From a virus (taxonomy: Duplodnaviria > Heunggongvirae > Uroviricota > Caudoviricetes), in IMG/VR virus record IMGVR_UViG_3300028456_000007: 40,058 bases of DNA; one strand, 5' to 3'. This document shows positions 37,006-40,058 of the stretch, one piece after another; position 1 is the stretch's first letter, and every line of letters starts with the position of its first letter. Under the pieces are notes generated by a model, which did no database searches, was not told where the DNA came from, and saw nothing but the letters and a program-made list of their open reading frames with translations. Made by a program: the position numbers and the translations under genes.

Positions 37006-37148
37006 TTTAAAAGCAATTTAAAGAGTTATTTGTCTAATGTTGGAAGCCGCAGCCACGTCGTATGCAAGAACGTGCTGCGGCTGGCTGGCGAACTTTCGAT
37101 AGTGCGAGTATTGAATGATTTCCAGCCGTTACCGATTTTACGTGTTAA

Positions 37149-37397
37149 TTAGTGAACAAACCACTCGTCAGCAGATTCCCAGGTATCTTTCAGAGTCTCC
37201 TGAACAAAAGTTTTTGCAGAATCCTTATCTGCGGTGCGTGTAACAGAAAGGCCATCGTTGCTGGTGGCTTTTACGATCACCTCTACATCGTCATAACGTT
37301 TACTGATGCGTCGGGTTAATTCTTCCTTTAACGCATCCACAGCACCGGTTGGCATTTTAGTCATTTTTTCTTTGGCTATGCAGATTTCAATACGCAT
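37149..37397 (-). CDS. dinI: DinI-family DNA-damage-inducible protein
   Basis: [11 protein letters not shown] ... [16 protein letters not shown] closely resembles DinI; LexA boxes upstream. Confidence 0.8.
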   Translation of the reverse strand: MRIEICIAKEKMTKMPTGAVDALKEELTRRISKRYDDVEVIVKATSNDGLSVTRTADKDSAKTFVQETLKDTWESADEWFVH

Positions 37398-37410
37398 AAA
37401 AGTCCCTCTA

Positions 37411-37430
37411 TACTGTGTTTGTATACAGTA
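37411..37430. promoter_or_regulatory. LexA box (SOS operator) upstream of dinI-like gene
   Basis: TACTGTGTTTGTATACAGTA = TACTGT-N8-ACAGTA consensus. Confidence 0.7.
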
Positions 37431-37438
37431 TTATTTTT

Positions 37439-37458
37439 AACTGTATGGATAAACAGTG
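37439..37458. promoter_or_regulatory. second LexA box
   Basis: AACTGTATGGATAAACAGTG = CTGT-N8-ACAG core. Confidence 0.5.
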
Positions 37459-38556
37459 TCAAGAGGTCTTATTTCTGCTCCTTTGGAGCTCTTCAAAACG
37501 ATTATGTAAAGATTTCGGATACAGTTCGGTATATACCTGCCATAGCACGTTTAATGAACGATGCCCTGTAACCTGGGCGACTTCCTCAATACTAAAACCA
37601 GCCTCAAATAAGCGACTTGCCCCTTCTCTACGCAAATCATGGTATCGCAGATCTTTAATACCTAATTTGCTTCTTACCCTCTGGAATCCCGCAGTAACAG
37701 AAGTGCTGTTATATGGAAAAATGAATTCTGATTTTTTGGGTTGTCGTTGGACGATATCCCAGGCTTCCCCAAGCAAGGCTACTTTCATATGGTTGCCTTC
37801 CTTTTTACGTGGATCTTTCCTGTCTCTTACGAGTATGGATTTTTGTTCCTGATCGAGATCCTCCCATCGTAATCGGCATACTTCACCGATTCGCATACAT
37901 GACCACACAGAAAATTTGAGGATATCAACGAACGGAATTTTTGAGCATTTATGTGTAGATCGTTGTTGAAGACCTTCAATGAGCATGTCCAGTTCATCAG
38001 ATGCCGGTCTACGATTACGACGATTTGATTTACCAATTAAACCAAGTTTAAGTAGATATGGACGAGCGGCTTTTGCTGGGTTTGATGTGTAATTAATTCC
38101 ATATACAGGTTTGGCAGCATCCAGAACACTGCCAAGATAACTAACATCGTGGCTAACTGTAGCTGGACCTGCACCAGCGTTGTTTCTTAGCCTGCAATGT
38201 TCAATTACGTCATTTTCTGTCAGTTCAGATAGTTTGATCGCGGAGATGTCACTATCCATAAGCAGTTCCAGCACATATCTTTTAGTACGGCCTGCTTTAC
38301 CTCCGGCATTTGGGTCATTTAAATATTTGTGTAGTAAGTCACGGACTGTAAGTCCGTCAACTGCATTTGATGATGGAATGCCATATAGATCTAATTCCAT
38401 CACTTTCTGTGTGCCCCATGTTTTGGCATGAGCATGTTTAGGGAATGTTTTGCTTTCCCTGTAAGTGATAACACCTTTTTCTTTGATAATCACATTACAG
38501 CGATAGCGTGGTGTGCCATCGGATTTTAGTCGTTTCTCTATGTTATAGTACGCCAT
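37459..38556 (-). CDS. int: tyrosine site-specific integrase (dusA-associated type)
   Basis: C-terminal catalytic pattern HDLRREGASRL ... TGHRSLNVLWQVY; adjacent to 5' end of dusA. Confidence 0.9.
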   Translation of the reverse strand: MAYYNIEKRLKSDGTPRYRCNVIIKEKGVITYRESKTFPKHAHAKTWGTQKVMELDLYGIPSSNAVDGLTVRDLLHKYLNDPNAGGKAGRTKRYVLELLMDSDISAIKLSELTENDVIEHCRLRNNAGAGPATVSHDVSYLGSVLDAAKPVYGINYTSNPAKAARPYLLKLGLIGKSNRRNRRPASDELDMLIEGLQQRSTHKCSKIPFVDILKFSVWSCMRIGEVCRLRWEDLDQEQKSILVRDRKDPRKKEGNHMKVALLGEAWDIVQRQPKKSEFIFPYNSTSVTAGFQRVRSKLGIKDLRYHDLRREGASRLFEAGFSIEEVAQVTGHRSLNVLWQVYTELYPKSLHNRFEELQRSRNKTS

Positions 38557-38644
38557 TACACGACCTCGTTATTTCGGGTTCCCATAAAACGTGGGAACCT
38601 GAGCGGGAACCTAACGCGAGAAAAATAGCCTGAAATGTTCAAAA

Positions 38645-39682
38645 ATGCACGATAATCATGAAACACAAAAAATTAATCAAACCAGCGTGATGCCTGAAAA
38701 AACTGGTGTTTACTGGAATTCTCGGTTTAGCATTGCTCCTATGCTCGACTGGACGGACAGACATTGCCGCTATTTCTTGCGTCTGCTTTCCCGCAATACG
38801 TTGCTGTATACCGAAATGGTGACCACAGGGGCGATTATTCACGGTAAAGGTGATTACCTGGCGTACAGTGAAGAAGAACATCCGGTAGCGTTGCAACTCG
38901 GCGGTAGCGATCCGGCGGCGCTGGCACAGTGTGCGAAGCTGGCAGAAGCGCGTGGATATGATGAGATCAACCTGAATGTCGGCTGCCCGTCTGACCGGGT
39001 GCAGAACGGCATGTTTGGTGCGTGTCTGATGGGTAATGCGCAGCTGGTTGCCGACTGCGTGAAAGCGATGCGCGATGTGGTGTCGATTCCAGTGACGGTG
39101 AAAACGCGTATTGGCATCGATGACCAGGACAGCTATGAATTTCTCTGCGATTTCATCAACACCGTTTCCGGCAAAGGCGAGTGTGAGATGTTTATCATCC
39201 ACGCACGTAAAGCCTGGCTTTCGGGGTTAAGCCCGAAAGAAAACCGTGAAATCCCGCCGCTCGATTATCCGCGTGTGTATCAACTGAAGCGTGACTTTCC
39301 GCATCTGACAATGTCGATTAACGGTGGTATCAAGTCGCTGGAAGAGGCCAAAGCACACCTGCAACATATGGATGGCGTGATGGTCGGGCGCGAGGCGTAT
39401 CAGAATCCGGGTATTCTGGCGGCGGTAGACCGGGAGATCTTTGGTTCCTCGGATACCGATGCCGATCCAGTGGCGGTAGTGCGCGCCATGTATCCGTACA
39501 TTGAGCGTGAACTCAGCCAGGGGACGTATCTCGGCCATATTACCCGGCATATGTTGGGCTTGTTCCAGGGTATTCCTGGCGCGCGGCAGTGGCGGCGTTA
39601 TTTAAGTGAAAATGCCCATAAAGCGGGTGCAGACATTAATGTGCTGGAACACGCGCTCAAACTGGTGGCGGATAAGCGTTAA
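38645..39682 (+). CDS. dusA: tRNA-dihydrouridine synthase A
   Basis: 345-aa ORF recognised as DusA from memory of the E. coli protein; TIM-barrel Dus pattern (NLNVGCP ... K-x-R); conserved host neighbour pspG follows. Confidence 0.9.
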   Translation: MHDNHETQKINQTSVMPEKTGVYWNSRFSIAPMLDWTDRHCRYFLRLLSRNTLLYTEMVTTGAIIHGKGDYLAYSEEEHPVALQLGGSDPAALAQCAKLAEARGYDEINLNVGCPSDRVQNGMFGACLMGNAQLVADCVKAMRDVVSIPVTVKTRIGIDDQDSYEFLCDFINTVSGKGECEMFIIHARKAWLSGLSPKENREIPPLDYPRVYQLKRDFPHLTMSINGGIKSLEEAKAHLQHMDGVMVGREAYQNPGILAAVDREIFGSSDTDADPVAVVRAMYPYIERELSQGTYLGHITRHMLGLFQGIPGARQWRRYLSENAHKAGADINVLEHALKLVADKR

Positions 39683-39815
39683 CTTTTCACCAAAAAGTAG
39701 TCAAATTCACCACGCCCTGCGCACCGTCGCGGGGCATTTTGCTGTTAAATCAATAGATTATTTTTGGCATGATTCTTGTAATGCCAGCAAGAGATTTCAT
39801 ATTTGGGAGAGCATC

Positions 39816-40058
39816 ATGCTGGAACTACTTTTTGTGTTTGGCTTTTTTGTCATGCTGATGGTCACCGGCGTTTCGTTGCTGGGCATTATCGCCGCGCTGG
39901 TTGTGGCGACGGCCATTATGTTCCTCGGCGGTATGCTGGCATTGATGATTAAGTTGCTGCCGTGGTTACTACTGGCGATTGCGGTGGTGTGGGTTATTAA
40001 GGCGATTAAAGCACCAAAAGTGCCGAAATATCAGCGTTATGACCGCTGGCGTTACTAA
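39816..40058 (+). CDS. pspG: phage shock protein G
   Basis: 80-aa hydrophobic protein MLELLFVFGFFVMLMV ... KYQRYDRWRY; GGGAGA SD; ORF-track upstream extension rejected. Confidence 0.85.
   Translation: MLELLFVFGFFVMLMVTGVSLLGIIAALVVATAIMFLGGMLALMIKLLPWLLLAIAVVWVIKAIKAPKVPKYQRYDRWRY

Larger units (their letters stand above)
2568..38644. mobile_element. temperate prophage (minimum extent); right junction at 5' end of dusA, left junction not identified
   Basis: continuous phage gene set from excisionase-like gene to integrase; integrase abuts dusA. Confidence 0.8.

Noticed and set aside
37006-37148. 8-bp inverted repeat GCCGCAGC..GCTGCGGC between invertase and dinI-like gene as a terminator
   Set aside because: The loop is ~20 nt and there is no flanking T/A-run, so support is too weak to call.
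39606-39815. Upstream extension of the pspG ORF (track start 39606)
   Set aside because: The extension is unstructured and lacks a Shine-Dalgarno; GGGAGA precedes ATG 39816, which gives the expected 80-aa membrane protein.

Overview
Nearly the whole window is one temperate, mosaic prophage integrated at the 5' end of host dusA (38645..39682), with host pspG following (39816..40058). Reading left to right: an AT-rich accessory locus (Panacea/DUF4065-domain gene coupled to an unknown 139-aa gene, a small unlisted ORF, and a CoiA-like predicted nuclease); a PrtN/excisionase-like gene; an early-left module (truncated exonuclease, HD-domain, YfdQ-like and YfdP-like proteins); a CI-like repressor and Cro-like gene with palindromic operators; an early-right/nin-like region (Rha-domain protein, replication protein with internal iteron-like repeats, PerC-like protein, Dam-like methyltransferase, a LexA DNA-binding-domain-only homolog, RusA, KilA-N, DUF968-like, Q-like antiterminator); a lysis cassette (holins, GH19 endolysin, overlapping Rz/Rz1); HNH, probable cos, terminase small/large, portal, protease and HK97-type capsid; a Mu-like contractile tail and baseplate; an invertible tail-fibre segment with hix/gix-like crossover sites and a Pin/Gin-family invertase; a DinI-like gene preceded by two LexA boxes; and a tyrosine integrase. 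Two AT-rich morons with their own terminators sit inside the late operons. The left attachment site was not found, so it is unresolved whether the leftmost 2.4 kb is prophage cargo or a separate element. The best candidates for something undescribed are the left-end Panacea/partner/CoiA-like locus, the LexA-DBD-only protein, and the secreted moron in the tail operon. All family assignments come from reading the translations and motifs by eye; no database search was run.
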